Program-made: the position numbers and the translations under genes
Part shown: piece after piece, positions 13,631 through 25,568 of the stretch
Position numbering within the stretch: the stretch's first letter is position 1
How the letters are laid out: each line of letters opens with the position of its first letter
Assembly (NCBI GenBank): GCA_051294905.1
Contig: CM119372.1
Span: forward strand, 36,396,001 to 36,460,000
DNA length: 64,000 bases
Source of the DNA: Botryllus schlosseri
Taxonomy: Eukaryota
Reading direction: 5' to 3'
The notes under the pieces: model-generated
Databases searched by the model: none
Told to the model about the DNA's origin: nothing
The model's input: the letters and a program-made list of their open reading frames with translations, nothing else

Positions 13631-14850
13631 CAGAGGTGGTCAGTAACGAAGTACTTCTACTTCTTCGAAGTACTCAAGTAGTTTTCCTCTACTTCTGGTA
13701 CTTACTCAAGTAGATCTGAATTTCACTACTTCTACTTCTACTTCATAATATTTTTTGATCTACTTACTTACTTTTCGCTATTTTCGGTTTGTCAAGTAGA
13801 AGTAGTTTAATCCTCCAATCAGGAAGATAGCCTGAGAAATTTCGGGGCTGTTTTCACGGAGTATCGACATTTAATTTTCATAAAAGTTGAGTCAAGCCCA
13901 GAATTTTTGTCACGCATCGCGCGCAGTGAATACGGAGTAACCAGTATGATTTCACGAAAGTATCGGTGAATATAATTTAGGTAGCGGGTTGGCGTGGTTC
14001 CGTTCACCCCGCATTGTCGCCCTTCGTCATATCAAGTATTTCATCACAGTATATAAGGCTTATCATAACGTTTGAAACTGATATTTACTTATCATATTGC
14101 AATCAAGCTGTCCATATAGCGTGTCCTAATCTGGAAAAGTGGACTGTGACTTTTTTTAGTTTTAGAGCTGTTTCAGCATACCAACCTTCGAAACTTTCTG
14201 GACTAAAGACATTACAGATTACATACATGTTCCGTTTTTAGATTTAGATTTCACTTTCAATTCTCAGTACCATATATTTTGATTTCTAATTTATATCAGT
14301 TCTTTTGTCTGGATAACGTACATGTAGAAGTATAGAAAAAAGTGTAGTAATGTCTTCAATTTCCAGAAAAAAGCTACACAATATAGCATTTTACGGTCCA
14401 CCATATTTTTTATTAACGTTTACTAATCGCACAAAGTGTTTACACCGTATCCAACACAACATCTCCGTATTGCTCTTCGACTAAACTACAGGCCTTATAA
14501 TATGGGGGAGTGCGCAGTACAATGGTATTTTCTAAAACGTGCTGTTTGAGTAAACAGAGGATAGTATCGCATTTCCATATCAATACTATCATTTTCATCC
14601 CATGATGTGGACGAATGCATATCGAAAATTGGAGACCTGCTGGTATGCATCAATATGAATCAAGCTCGTCACATTTCGCATAGCTCAATTTGCACCTTTT
14701 TACAATCTATGTGAACGAATTACGATCGTTTTCACAACTACTTACTTACTTGAGTACTTTTAAAGTCAGTCAATTCTACTTCTACTTCAAGTAGTTTTAG
14801 GTTGTTCATGGAAGAAGTACTTCTACTCGTACTCGTACAAAGGTAAGTGC
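13631..14850. mobile_element. MITE with TACTTCTAC/AAGTAG subterminal repeats
   Basis: Left end CAGAGGTGGTCAGTAACGAAGTA with repeated TACTT motifs at both ends. The matching end CGTTTCTGACCACCTCTG is seen in another copy at about 62496-62513. Confidence 0.5.
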
Positions 14851-15489
14851 TTTTCGGCCTAGTTTTTTAGCACACCTTTCGGAGTCCATGTCAGCTTAAA
14901 CTTCATCATGTGTTGGTGCATCGTAGCGAGGTAATGACTGACCACGAAATGCCTATTTCTATAAATAATGTGTATTTCTTGGAGAAGGACAGCCAACAAG
15001 CAAGTCAGGGAGTCAGCTCGTACTTGTCGTGTCGTCAAATGACACGTCTGGTACTTCAAGTCAAGTCGAACACGTAATGTCACCTCACAAAGTTCTGAAT
15101 CAGCTAAAAACTTGATTTCTTATTTATTTTATCAACGAACAAGCCTTTAACATATTGCATCTTTAAATTAGGGTATAAAATTGTAATATACCTGGCGGAC
15201 CGGCAGGAAAGTCGCCACGGACCGGCACCGGTCCGCGGACCGGCGGTTGAGAACCACTGGTTTAGAGAATGAAATTCTAAAATCGCACTATTTTTGAGAA
15301 AAGAAATCAAAGATATGGCTAAAGAGCATTCGAGATGGATGTTAATCACTTTAAAATGTTAAGATACTCTGCAATATTTGCTATTTTATAGAAATTTCTG
15401 TTTGCAGGGTTGATTTTTGAGGTTTTGATATTTTATGATTTGCAATTGAGAATTTTTTAATATTTTTTAATATAACTCGGAAGTAATTG

Positions 15490-16243
15490 GGGACTTAAAA
15501 ATGGTAGCGTTTTTGATGGGTATACAAGGCGGGGTTCACCAAGTATCCGTGGCACCTTTGCCTTTGGCATAGTAGGGCTACCACAGAACACTGCAAAAAG
15601 CATATATGGCCAAAACGAAAAGGATTTTTTGTTGGAGAGAAAAACGTGAAGCAAACTTGATTGATTAACCCAAACAAAGTGCTCATGCGTCCCCTTCACA
15701 TAAAACTTGACCTTATAAAGCAATTTGTGAAAGCATTGGATAAAGGTGGTGACGCATTCCAGTTTCTCCAGAACTTGTTTCCTGAACTATCAGAAGCTAA
15801 AGTAGAGGTTGGTGTGTTTATTGGTCTACAAATTAAAAATATTCTCAAGTCGGATGATTTTATCCAAATGCTTAATAATGTTGAAAAGAAGGCTTGTGAT
15901 AGCTTTAGCTTTGCAGATGTAGTGAATGGATTCTTGGGCAATAATTAGGAATATAACTATGGCGATCTCGTTGCCAATTTGTTGAAGTCGTATGGAAACA
16001 TGGGGTGCAGAATGTCTATGAAACTACATATGCCTGATGCTTACTTGGACGAGTTCAAAGATATTATGGGAGCTTATATTCAGAAGAACAAGGGAAGCGA
16101 TTGCATCAAGACATAAAAGATTTTGAGATGAGATACCATGGGCAATATAATGAAAGCATGATGGGAGATTATGTATGGGCCTTAATGCGGGAAAGTAGAG
16201 ATGTGGAGTACAAAAGAAAATCCCGCAAAACATCCCATTTTAA
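15490..16243 (+). pseudogene. DNA transposase relic, probably Chapaev-3/CMC-like
   Basis: Manual translation across stops and frameshifts: GFTKYPWHLCLWHSRA...LMRPLHIKLDLIKQFVKALD...FPELSEAKVEVGVFIGLQIK...MGCRMSMKLH...EEQGKRLHQDIKDFEMRYHG...MMGDYVWAL. This is a widespread invertebrate transposase motif set; the superfamily assignment is from recall. Confidence 0.75.
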
Positions 16244-16759
16244 TAATTTTATACTCGAACTGTTTTAGCCTGAAATATTTGTTTAGTTTTGCATTTAACG
16301 ATGATATTGATTCGAATACAGTTAAGACATTTATGTGCAAATTTCCACGTACCAAATGCCTGTGCTTTGTGATTTGATTTTAATAACAAAAGTTCTAATT
16401 CGTTGCCTATTATTATGCTAAGTCGAAATTAACCCTATGCTACACAGAAAAATAGCCAAAAGTTGGTTCTAATTTGCTTTGCGAAAAAGCAATCGATAGC
16501 CTACAACTAACGCGTCAGAATATTTGGTAAATACGTTTATAAAATATAACTTCTTAGTCGATGCCAAGCGACTAAAAATAGACCTACAGCGATCAAAGAC
16601 AGTTTGGTAAATATCCATTTCCTATTGGACTAATCAGTATTACCATGCACATGCACTATATTGCACATACTAGCAAATTAAAAAAATAATCTAATCTAAT
16701 TTGTAAAAGCTGAAAATTTTCTAGTTGTCCAAGTCTATTATAAACATGCTGATGTGGGC

Positions 16760-17135
16760 GGGGGAAATAGCGTAGTGGTAACGATAAGCGCCTACTAAGC
16801 TGGCGGAACTGGTTCGGTTCCCGTCGGAGGTTTACCTGGGCTCCTCTTTCCCCACCAAAAAAAGCCCAGAGAAAGACCCGAAGAAAGAATGCACTCACGA
16901 AGAATGGAAGTAACTAGTAGAAAGGGCCGCGGCTTCAAAAAGATCAAAATTGAAAAGAACTGTGACATCGGGCACTCTAGGCCGAGGTGGATGTTAGAGT
17001 AAAGGATCGCTACTGATGCGTGTCGTTCGACATCCTCCTATCTGTTCGTTACATCGCATTGTGTCTTAGCGCATTGTACATTGTGTGTAACTTGTTCAGA
17101 TAAAAATTATAATCCAACGATTATTGATATTATTA
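16760..17135 (+). mobile_element. tRNA-derived SINE
   Basis: A-box TAGCGTAGTGG, degenerate B-box GGTTCGGTTCCC, core GTCGGAGGTTTACCTGGGCTCCTC. The 3' part CATCGGGCACT...CTCCTATCTGTTCGTTACATCGCATTG is shared with the minus-strand copy at about 1270-1640. Confidence 0.65.
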
Positions 17136-17181
17136 TTGATATAGTCTCTGCAGGGAGTTTTTCGAGAACCAAAACTATACC

Positions 17182-17264
17182 GACAAGATAGCGTAATGGT
17201 TAAGCGTCCGACTTCTTGATCGGTAGGTCGTGGGTTCGATTCCCGGCAGGGTCAGACCAAAGAC
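17182..17264 (+). mobile_element. tRNA(Arg)-like SINE head or tRNA pseudogene
   Basis: A-box TAGCGTAATGG, anticodon-like arm CCGA-cttcttga-TCGG, B-box GGTTCGATTCC, followed by GGTCAGACCAAAGAC. The acceptor stem does not pair, so this is not a functional tRNA. Confidence 0.6.
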
Positions 17265-17759
17265 CTGATTAGTAACACTGACCCAAGGGGCGCTGGCGAT
17301 TTTTAAGGGGGTGGAAACGCTCAGGGGGCGATATGGGGGGCGCTGGGCTCAGGGGGGCGATATGGCGGGTGCTGGAGAAAAATGGCTTCGCAGTAGATGA
17401 TGTGGTAGTGGGACATATCCTTAATGAGTATGCAGAGCGAATTAAGACCGAAAACTTCGTTATATATAGCCTACAAAAGACACATAGGTTTAATTGTCGA
17501 TAGGCGCCTAAATGACTGGCACCGAATGTTCCTGTCTTGGCAATCTGAACCTCAGAAGACGAATTCCATCTGCCTGGGAAAAATTAAATGCCAGTGAAGA
17601 AATACCAATTTGAAATCGTGTGGGTCTTTTAGTTTAGTGCGATTGGGCGACAAGAATATATAGAACTAGATATACCTGTTAGGCGATTTTATATTTTTTG
17701 ATATAGCAGACAGGAGGTCACGAAATAACATCATGCAACGAAGTCATACCAACGGGTCC

Positions 17760-19090
17760 GCCCGCCCGAATATGTTTAATTATTAGTTAGGAGCCCTACA
17801 TTTTCCAAGACACCTCACAATGTTCCCTCCACGTTTTGACGAGTCTGTGCACACTCACCAACTTACTGCGAAGACCCTTGGACAACAGTGCGTAACGACT
17901 AAAAAAAGGTCATAACTTCGGATTTAATGTGAACAACGTAGATTTTCTGTGAGCAGAGACCGTGTCAGCACTGCGCACGTGCGGAGCTTAAAGGGAACAT
18001 TGCACCTCACTCAGCTCTACCGGTAAATCCGGGAACGTGAGCAGAGTGGACAAGAAATTGATAACAATATATATGCAATTCCCGATCTCATTGACCGATT
18101 TTATCATGAATTATCGAAAATTTTCGCGCTAGGCGCTGGCTCCCTGAACTGTGGCCCTTATTTCGTAACAAAAGCGAACGACGTGATCGGGGGGTCGGTT
18201 TATCACCCCATGGGAGCCCAAGACACCAGTTTTATTGGGGGGCCTGGCCAATTGCTGTTTCGTTCCTGCGAACGGCCTACAGCTGCTTTCATGACAAAAG
18301 CAAACAACGTGATGGGGGGCGGTCGGTTTATCACCCAATGGGAGCCCAAGACCCAAGTTTTTTTCAGGGGGCCGGACGATGTGTCGTTTCGTTCTTTCCA
18401 ACGGGTATACGCCCGAAGATGTATAATTATTACCTACCGGTGAATCTGTTTACGTGAGCAGGGAGAGAATAAAAATTTATATCAATATATATATGCAATT
18501 CCCGATCATATTGACCAATTCAATCAATAATTATTGAAAGTTTTCGCGCTTCGTGCGTCTAGGCCAGAATAGCTGGTTCAGTAAATGGACACCCAACGTA
18601 GATTACCAGTATCAGCAAATAGCGGATAGCCGAAGGGGGTCTGGGAGCGAAGCCCCCCCCGGAAGTTTGGTTTATCACCCCATGGGGTGCCCAAGCCAAC
18701 GTTTTTTTGGGGGCTGGCGAAGTGCTGTTACGGCCCTGGTAACGAATTAATTGTACCTACTGGAACGCCCGAATATGTTTAATTATTAATTACGTGCCCT
18801 TTATTTTCCAATACAACAGCTCACTCAGCGCTACTGGTAAATTTGATTACGTGGGCTGAGAGGATAAAAAGTTTATAGCGACATATATATGTAATTACCA
18901 CCTATTCATTCATGCATTATAGAAAATTTTGGCGCCTAGGGCAACTAGGCCACACAAACTTTGCTGACCATCGAAATCACGCTACGGGGTTATTGGGGCG
19001 AAGCCCTCAGAAGCTTGGTTTATCACGCTATGGGTGCGCAAGGCAATCGTTTTTAGGGGGGTTGACGAAGTGCTGTTACGGCCCTCCCTC
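17760..19090. repeat. Diverged tandem repeat, about 400-420-bp period
   Basis: Recurring anchors CTAC(C/T)GGT(A/G)AAT...ACGTG(A/G)GC at about 18017, 18434 and 18831, CGCCCGAATATGTTTAATTATTA at about 17762 and 18766, and GGTTTATCAC several times. Confidence 0.65.
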
Positions 19091-19197
19091 TTAGTCATTG
19101 TCTTTATTACATTCCTTACAATATGAGGTTGGGGGGCGTTGGAGCACGATAATCATTGAAAGGGGGCGCTGGAGGAAAAAAGGTTAAGAACCACTGA

Positions 19198-22100
19198 TCT
19201 ACACTAACGCCAAATCGGGATATACGAGGATGATGCAAGGAACCGCTATCATGGTCAAAGATATACATAGAGGTAAAGTTATAAATCATCGAATAATGAT
19301 AGAAAATCGAACCCAATCCATCACAATAAAAGAAAAGGATTGCATAATAACGGTTGTCAATATATATAGCCCTTCAGGGAACAATGCCCAAAAGAAACGA
19401 GACAAACTAAGATACTACTCACAGCTGGAATTGGAACTAGAAAAGATAGATACGTCAATCATATTAAGGGGTGACTTTAATCTAATTCTAGAAAGTAAAG
19501 ACTCTAAAAGAAAAGAAAGAATCTACGAAACAGCTGAAGCAAATCAACTAAGAAAAGTCATTAATGAAAATAAACTCATGGATGCGTATAGACATAAATA
19601 CCCAACAGCTGACACATATACGCATTTTGGCCGCACGAACAATGCCAAGAGATTTGATAGAATATATGTGACCGAAGAACTCTACGAGCATGTGAAACGT
19701 GCAGGGCATGAAAATAACAATGTAGCAGACCCCGCGAGCCCGTATATCGAGATTATTTTCGATGATACTGCGTCTAGCAGAGGGGCTACGTGGAAATGCA
19801 ACAACGCGCTGCTGGCGGAGAAGAGCTACATACAAGTAATTACTAATCTAATTGACACGAGAGAGGCAAGCGTCGATGACGCAGTAGACTTACAACAATG
19901 GTGGGACAGCACCAAAAACGCGATCGCGAAAACTAGCAAAAACTACGGGACACGCGAAAGAATCACGAGAGCTAAGGAAACCAATCTCGAAACCACCAGA
20001 AACCGAATGAGGATCATAACGAAATACGATAATTTTGAAGGTGAAGGCAATATTCGGGAATTTTGGTCGCGACTAAAAGTCAGAAGAAAGATGATAAAAC
20101 TAAACCAACTCGAGAAAAGAAACGGGGTAGTAACTGAGGACAAAACTGAAAGAAGTAATGAAATTTGCCACTTCTATACAGAACTGTGGGCAAAAAAGAA
20201 CGCAATATCAGACCAGCGACAAGATGAGATCCTCGCCGATTACAATCCAGGCGAAAATCTAGAGCTCGAAATCATTGCAAAATTCGATACGATCACCAGA
20301 GAAGAAATATGGCTAACACTGAACACCATGAATAAAGAAAAGGTACCCGGCCAAGACGGACTGACAGTAGAGTTCTATATAAAGTTCTGGGAAAAGATAA
20401 GCAGAAGATTATATCAGGTGATTAATACCGCACTTCTCTTTGCAAAATTTCCAGGAAGCTGGGATCGAGCAAGAGTTACGCTAATCCACAAAGGTCTCGA
20501 CAAAAAAGAGATTCGAAACTGGAGACCAATCACTCTGCTGCACATCGATTATAAGATCTTCGCAAAAATACTAAACAGGAGACTACTAAACGAACTAGGG
20601 GACAGGATCGGAAGATCACAAAAGGCCGCGATCCCAGGGCGAAAGATGGACGACATCCATAGCAACGTGAGTGCGATTACGAGATATTACAATGAAAAAC
20701 AAAGCGAAGGATACATCCTGACAATTGACTACAAGAAAGCATTTGACCAAATCAACCATGATATGATGTTTAAAATAATAGCTAAACTCAAAATATCGAA
20801 TCCCATTCAAAAAGCCCTTCAAAAGATATATGAACATCCTACGGTCCAAATAGAAACCAATGGCACGATGGCGCCACAAATTATGCTGGGAAGAGGCATA
20901 CGGCAAGGATGCCCATTGCCCATTAAGCATGACCCTCTATGCGATATGTGCAGACCCCATAGCGAAATGCATAAAAGCGAACCCGCGGATCAACGGCATA
21001 AAAATCGGGAGTTTTGAGCAAAAATAGATCAATTCGCCGACGACACCACGTATTACGTAACCAACCTAGAATCTATTAACAATATTCTCATCGAGCATAA
21101 CAGATTACAAGAGGCAACGGGGCAAGAAATCAACCCGACGAAAACGGCAGTTCTCCCGCTGAATCCGAAATCGAAGAGGATAATAGAGAAAACAAGACGC
21201 AACGACAAATCTCGTACTAACATAACGATACTAGGAATAAGGTATGGAGAGAATGCACAAAACCTAAACTACGAAAATTTAATCAAAAGAATCCGAAGAA
21301 ACGTAAGCCAAATTAAAGGGCAACGATTAAGCTGGATCGGGAAAATAAAAGCAACGAAAGCGATGATTGCACCAAAGATAACATACACAGCTTATGCATC
21401 GCCGCTAACTGCCGAACAAGTACGAGAGATACAGGGAGAACTATTTCGAATTCTCTGGGCGCCGGAAAAGATCGAAGCAAAAAGCCGGAGTACTCTTATA
21501 AAAGAAAGAAAACACGGAGGTATAGGAATGATTGATATAGTGACCCTTATCAAGGCAAAAAGATTCAAACGAGCCCAAATTCTAAGTATAATAACAGAAC
21601 CGGAGCAAATATGGCATCAAGAAGCAATATGTAACATGGGCACTAGTATAAAAAATATTAACCCAGCGTTATATCATAATAATATGCCACACAGGTACAA
21701 GCCAACGAAGAGCTATACGGAAGAAATCACAACATAAAGCAACATAATAGCCGAATGCGAGGATCCTGAAAGAATCCCGCAAAGAGAAGTTTATGAAATA
21801 TTGCTAAATACCGTAACCGAGTCCAACCAAGAAATGCAGCACTGGAAGGAAATATGGCTAACATCCTCGGCCATAACTAAATATATTAATAACCAAGAAA
21901 GAGAAATATCATACCGAATAGTAACCGAAGCTATATTTACAGGATCAAGAATGAAAAAGGCAAAATGGACCCACAGGAAAAATATGTCAAATAAAAGCCA
22001 ATGCAAACTATGCGGGATAGAGAATGACACGATGAAGCACATGTATGTAGAATGCCAAACATACAAAGAAATCTTTTATTTTATCAGGAAAGAACTCGAA

Positions 22101-22530
22101 GAAAGAGTCGGAGCAGACATCGATATAACCGAGGAACAAGCATACAAAAACACATACTCCGGTCCACACTGGGAAATCCACCACAGTGGCATATACGAGT
22201 GCAAAATGCGAAATATGGAGATTCAAAAGACATATGGACATTATCAATCAATACGCAACGGCCGAAGAAATAAGCGATCTCAAGGAAACAATAAAAAAGA
22301 AAGTTAAATCAAAGATCCAAGGACTGTGATGAAAAACGCCATACCGACCCGACGCGCGCGAATACAGTAATACCAAATATTAATACAGAATCGCCATAAA
22401 AATATATATACCTACAATGGTCTACCGCTTAAGATAAGATACATACATATCTTACAAGCACTTATGTATTTTCTTTTCATGTTATGTTACTTTTCGATAA
22501 TACTGCACTTTGAAATAAAAGCACCAAAAG
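19198..22530 (+). mobile_element. 5'-truncated non-LTR retrotransposon (L1/Tx1 clade) ORF2 pseudogene
   Basis: APE endonuclease motifs (VNIYSP, GDFN, DAYR, YT, DRIY), RT motifs (PGQDGL, WRPITLL, DYKKAFD, RQGCPL, FADD at 21033) and a C-terminal zinc knuckle (CKLC...HMYVEC). Disabled by a 7-bp duplication GCCCATT at about 20911-20924, a 1-nt loss in the A-run at about 21020-21024 and an in-frame TAA at 21735. AATAAA near 22514. Confidence 0.93.
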
Positions 22531-24085
22531 AAGAGTGAGAGGGTACTAGAATGAAAGTAGAAAACAAAGTAACTTACCTCTAGGAAATATATTAGCACGA
22601 GGAATTAGGCTTAAAAAGATAAACTCAAATGTTGTTGTTGTATTGATTTAAAAATATTCATTTCATTTTCTGGTGTGCCCAAATTTCATTCGTGTTGCGC
22701 TATGGGTCACGCCTGTTCTGGTATGTATGCCTACTATGTGGCAGCAGGATATTTATAGTAGCGAGGCCTCGAATTTGTAACTTCCTATTTTGTGTCAGCC
22801 TGCCTCGGCGTGCAGAGCATTTTGCGATGAAACGCAGGTATGCTTTGATATAGTCTCCGCACTCCGCAGTCTGACTTTTACAAACTACTGGATTTTTAGA
22901 ATGCGCTACTAGAACTATAGAACTACTCACTCTTTACCGTCCTCCACTAGAACTAGACCTGCTCACTTTTTAAAACTAGCTACTATAACTATTACTAGAA
23001 CTGATGACCTTCAAAAATCCACAACTTACTAACTACAACAAAACTATTTAGATCAGTGGTTCTTGACCGTTGTTTTTTGTCGAGCCCCAGGAGTTCCCGG
23101 CATACAATGTACACATTAGATCTGTTGGATAATCCCGACTGTGCGAAAAATTATCGAGACGACAGATTTCGCGTCATCGGATGGGGCCGCTCACACTTTC
23201 ATTTGTGTGCCTTGGAGTCGACCTCAATCAAAATACATCAACCCAAGCTTTGTCAACAAAAGGATTTCGTGTACCATCTTAAAATAGTAGGCTACATTAA
23301 ACGCTTCCTTATTTGAGATTTCATTTAATGCTGGTGACGTCATATTTCGAGATACGATTGATTGTTGATATACAATGTTCTTTCCAATTCTCTACTAGTC
23401 GCTGACGATTACCGCTGACGAGTGTCAGCCAAAAATATTCTCGGGTTCATTTCAATATGAATATACTATTCCATTAAGCAATTGGTATCGCACTGTTGCA
23501 TAAGACCCAAGAATACGATGGCGCTTTATTTTCCAAGCCGAACCCCCGAATTTCTAAATTGACAAAACAAGGAAGAGCAGAATTCAGACTGATTTACGAT
23601 AAATATCGATTGTAATGTTTGCGTTTGGCATTTCTAGTTTTTCGGCAACTAATAATTTTCAATGTACATCTAGAGCTACTCCCTTTTCAAAATCTGCAAC
23701 TAGAACTGGAATTACGCGAATAAAAACGTTAGCAGGTTTACATTCAACGAACTAAATTGGCAGTTTTCTCAAGTCTGTCCATAACAGCTGTTATTGTGCC
23801 GATGCTTGGCAACCACATAAGGTCTTTCACTGATAACATTTCACTGGCTCGTTGATGTGCTTGAATGGCAACGAGTGTTTTTACATCAAAATCAGTCATG
23901 GTAAATCCGTTTTAATTCAGAACGATGTTATTGTATTTCTAATCAATCAAAACATCGCGGAAAAGGAGAGGTATACTTTATCGTGCGTGCATTCATCATA
24001 AATTTGCGGAGGGTGCGATAATAATATTTGACGATATGAAATCATATTCTAATAATTATGCTGGATATTACTTTGAACTTGGAAT

Positions 24086-25287
24086 TTACGGTGAATTAAC
24101 CGGGTCGAAGCAACCCAAGAACTCTTTGTAAACGTTGACATTTCCTTTCATCACTTTCACGGTACCCAGGGTTAATTCAGTGTCGAAGTCGAGCTCTTCA
24201 GCGAATATGCTTTTGAGGGTGCTTGAGTCAGACTTGAGGTGAACGTTCTCCGCGAAGTCGGAATCCGGGTCATTTATGACGTCACACACACTGTTGTGCA
24301 ATGTCACCGCGCAATCTTCGTCGTCGTAAAACGAAAACCGCATCCCATATGTCTTGTGCTGACAAACCAGGCCGTTCACTTTCGCGCACAGCATTCCGAA
24401 AACCCGATCCATGGTGGATGTGTTGATGACGTACGCCCGTGCTGATTTTGTTCGCTGGATGTCAAGGTTGAACTGAGTCTCCATAGCGTTGGTTAGGTAA
24501 TAGTTCCGACCATTCGGACTGACTTTCTCGACGCCAATCGCTGTTAAAGCGCTTATCTTTATCTGCCGGGCGACAAACGTGAAGTTTTCGTTGATTCCAT
24601 CCATGGCGAGTATGGCATCAGCCAGTTCAAGCGCCCATTTATCGTCGTCAGTGAGGTATTTTCCGGTCAGCAGATAGTGGTCGTGTGAGTTTTGGTGCGA
24701 TATTTGGGCTTCCTGTAGCATTACTTCGACAGCGCTTGCTTTTTTCTGTCTCTGTGCGTACGCCACCAGTCGTACCATACGCGCGGCGTGCTTATCATCA
24801 GTCATGGGATCCAAATCTCTCGGATTACCGCTGAACCAACCGAGATAATTCGCAAACACTCCACGAACAGACCAGTGTACTGTACCGTAATGTTCCTGCA
24901 GGAAGTCGTTCGAAGCGAGAGTATCTGGGAGCTTGACTTGGTCAACTATTTGAGTCGGGTAATAACCCTTGTTCAATAGCCGAAGGGTCTGATCATGAAC
25001 GTATTTGATGCCGTCTCGGTACACCTGTAGCGCGTCAGATACGGCAGTCTCTCCCGATAGCGGCTGCGTGTGGGACATCACAAGGTGCTGAGGTTTAAGA
25101 TTGCGAATAGCCTCGATGCTTCTGTACCATCTTCTGCTGTTTCTGGCCGGGCTTCCGCGGATAGCGTAAAGGTTCGGGAATGTTTTGTAAACGTTGTCGC
25201 CAGGCAACGCGGCTTTTTCCTTCGGCAGCCACACCGTTATCTGATCGTCAGTCTCGCCGGGAGTGTATATCAGTTCCACTTCGATCC
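24086..25287 (-). CDS. Alkyl sulfatase exon 5 (rest of MBL domain, dimerisation domain, probable SCP2-like C-terminus)
   Basis: Acceptor TTCAG|GG at 25288/25287. Motifs PGETDDQ, GDNVYKTFPNLYAIRG, SHTQP, YRDGIKYVHDQTLRLLNKG and LQEHYGTVHWSVRG are characteristic of SdsA1-type alkyl sulfatases. Stop TAA at 24086. Spliced product about 610-634 aa depending on start. Confidence 0.93.
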
Positions 25288-25568
25288 CTGAATGTAGTAT
25301 CGATAATCGATATTTGCACCAAATGCCGAATTTTCAATAGCTGTTTGAAATATGCTATGCTTGGATGTGGGTTGCGGCAAACGGGTATAGTTAGATTCCG
25401 ATGCTATGTTTTGTCTCAGCCGTACGAGATAGCCTAATGGTAGAGCACTATACCGCCCGGCTGACCAACTGGGCGTAAAACTGGTATGCGTTGGGCGCTC
25501 AGCATTCCACGATAGCCGAGGGAAGAGAAGAATGGTAGTGTAGACTGTAAGACCTTATCTGTAGGTAG

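Noticed and set aside
17182..17255. Functional tRNA-Arg gene
   Set aside because: The acceptor stem does not pair, the anticodon loop is 8 nt, and it continues into a SINE-like GGTCAGACCAAAGAC sequence.
19548..22273. Antisense or alternate-frame ORFs over the LINE (likewise over the sulfatase exon and the 7TM gene)
   Set aside because: Shadow ORFs of genuine coding sequence with no independent support.
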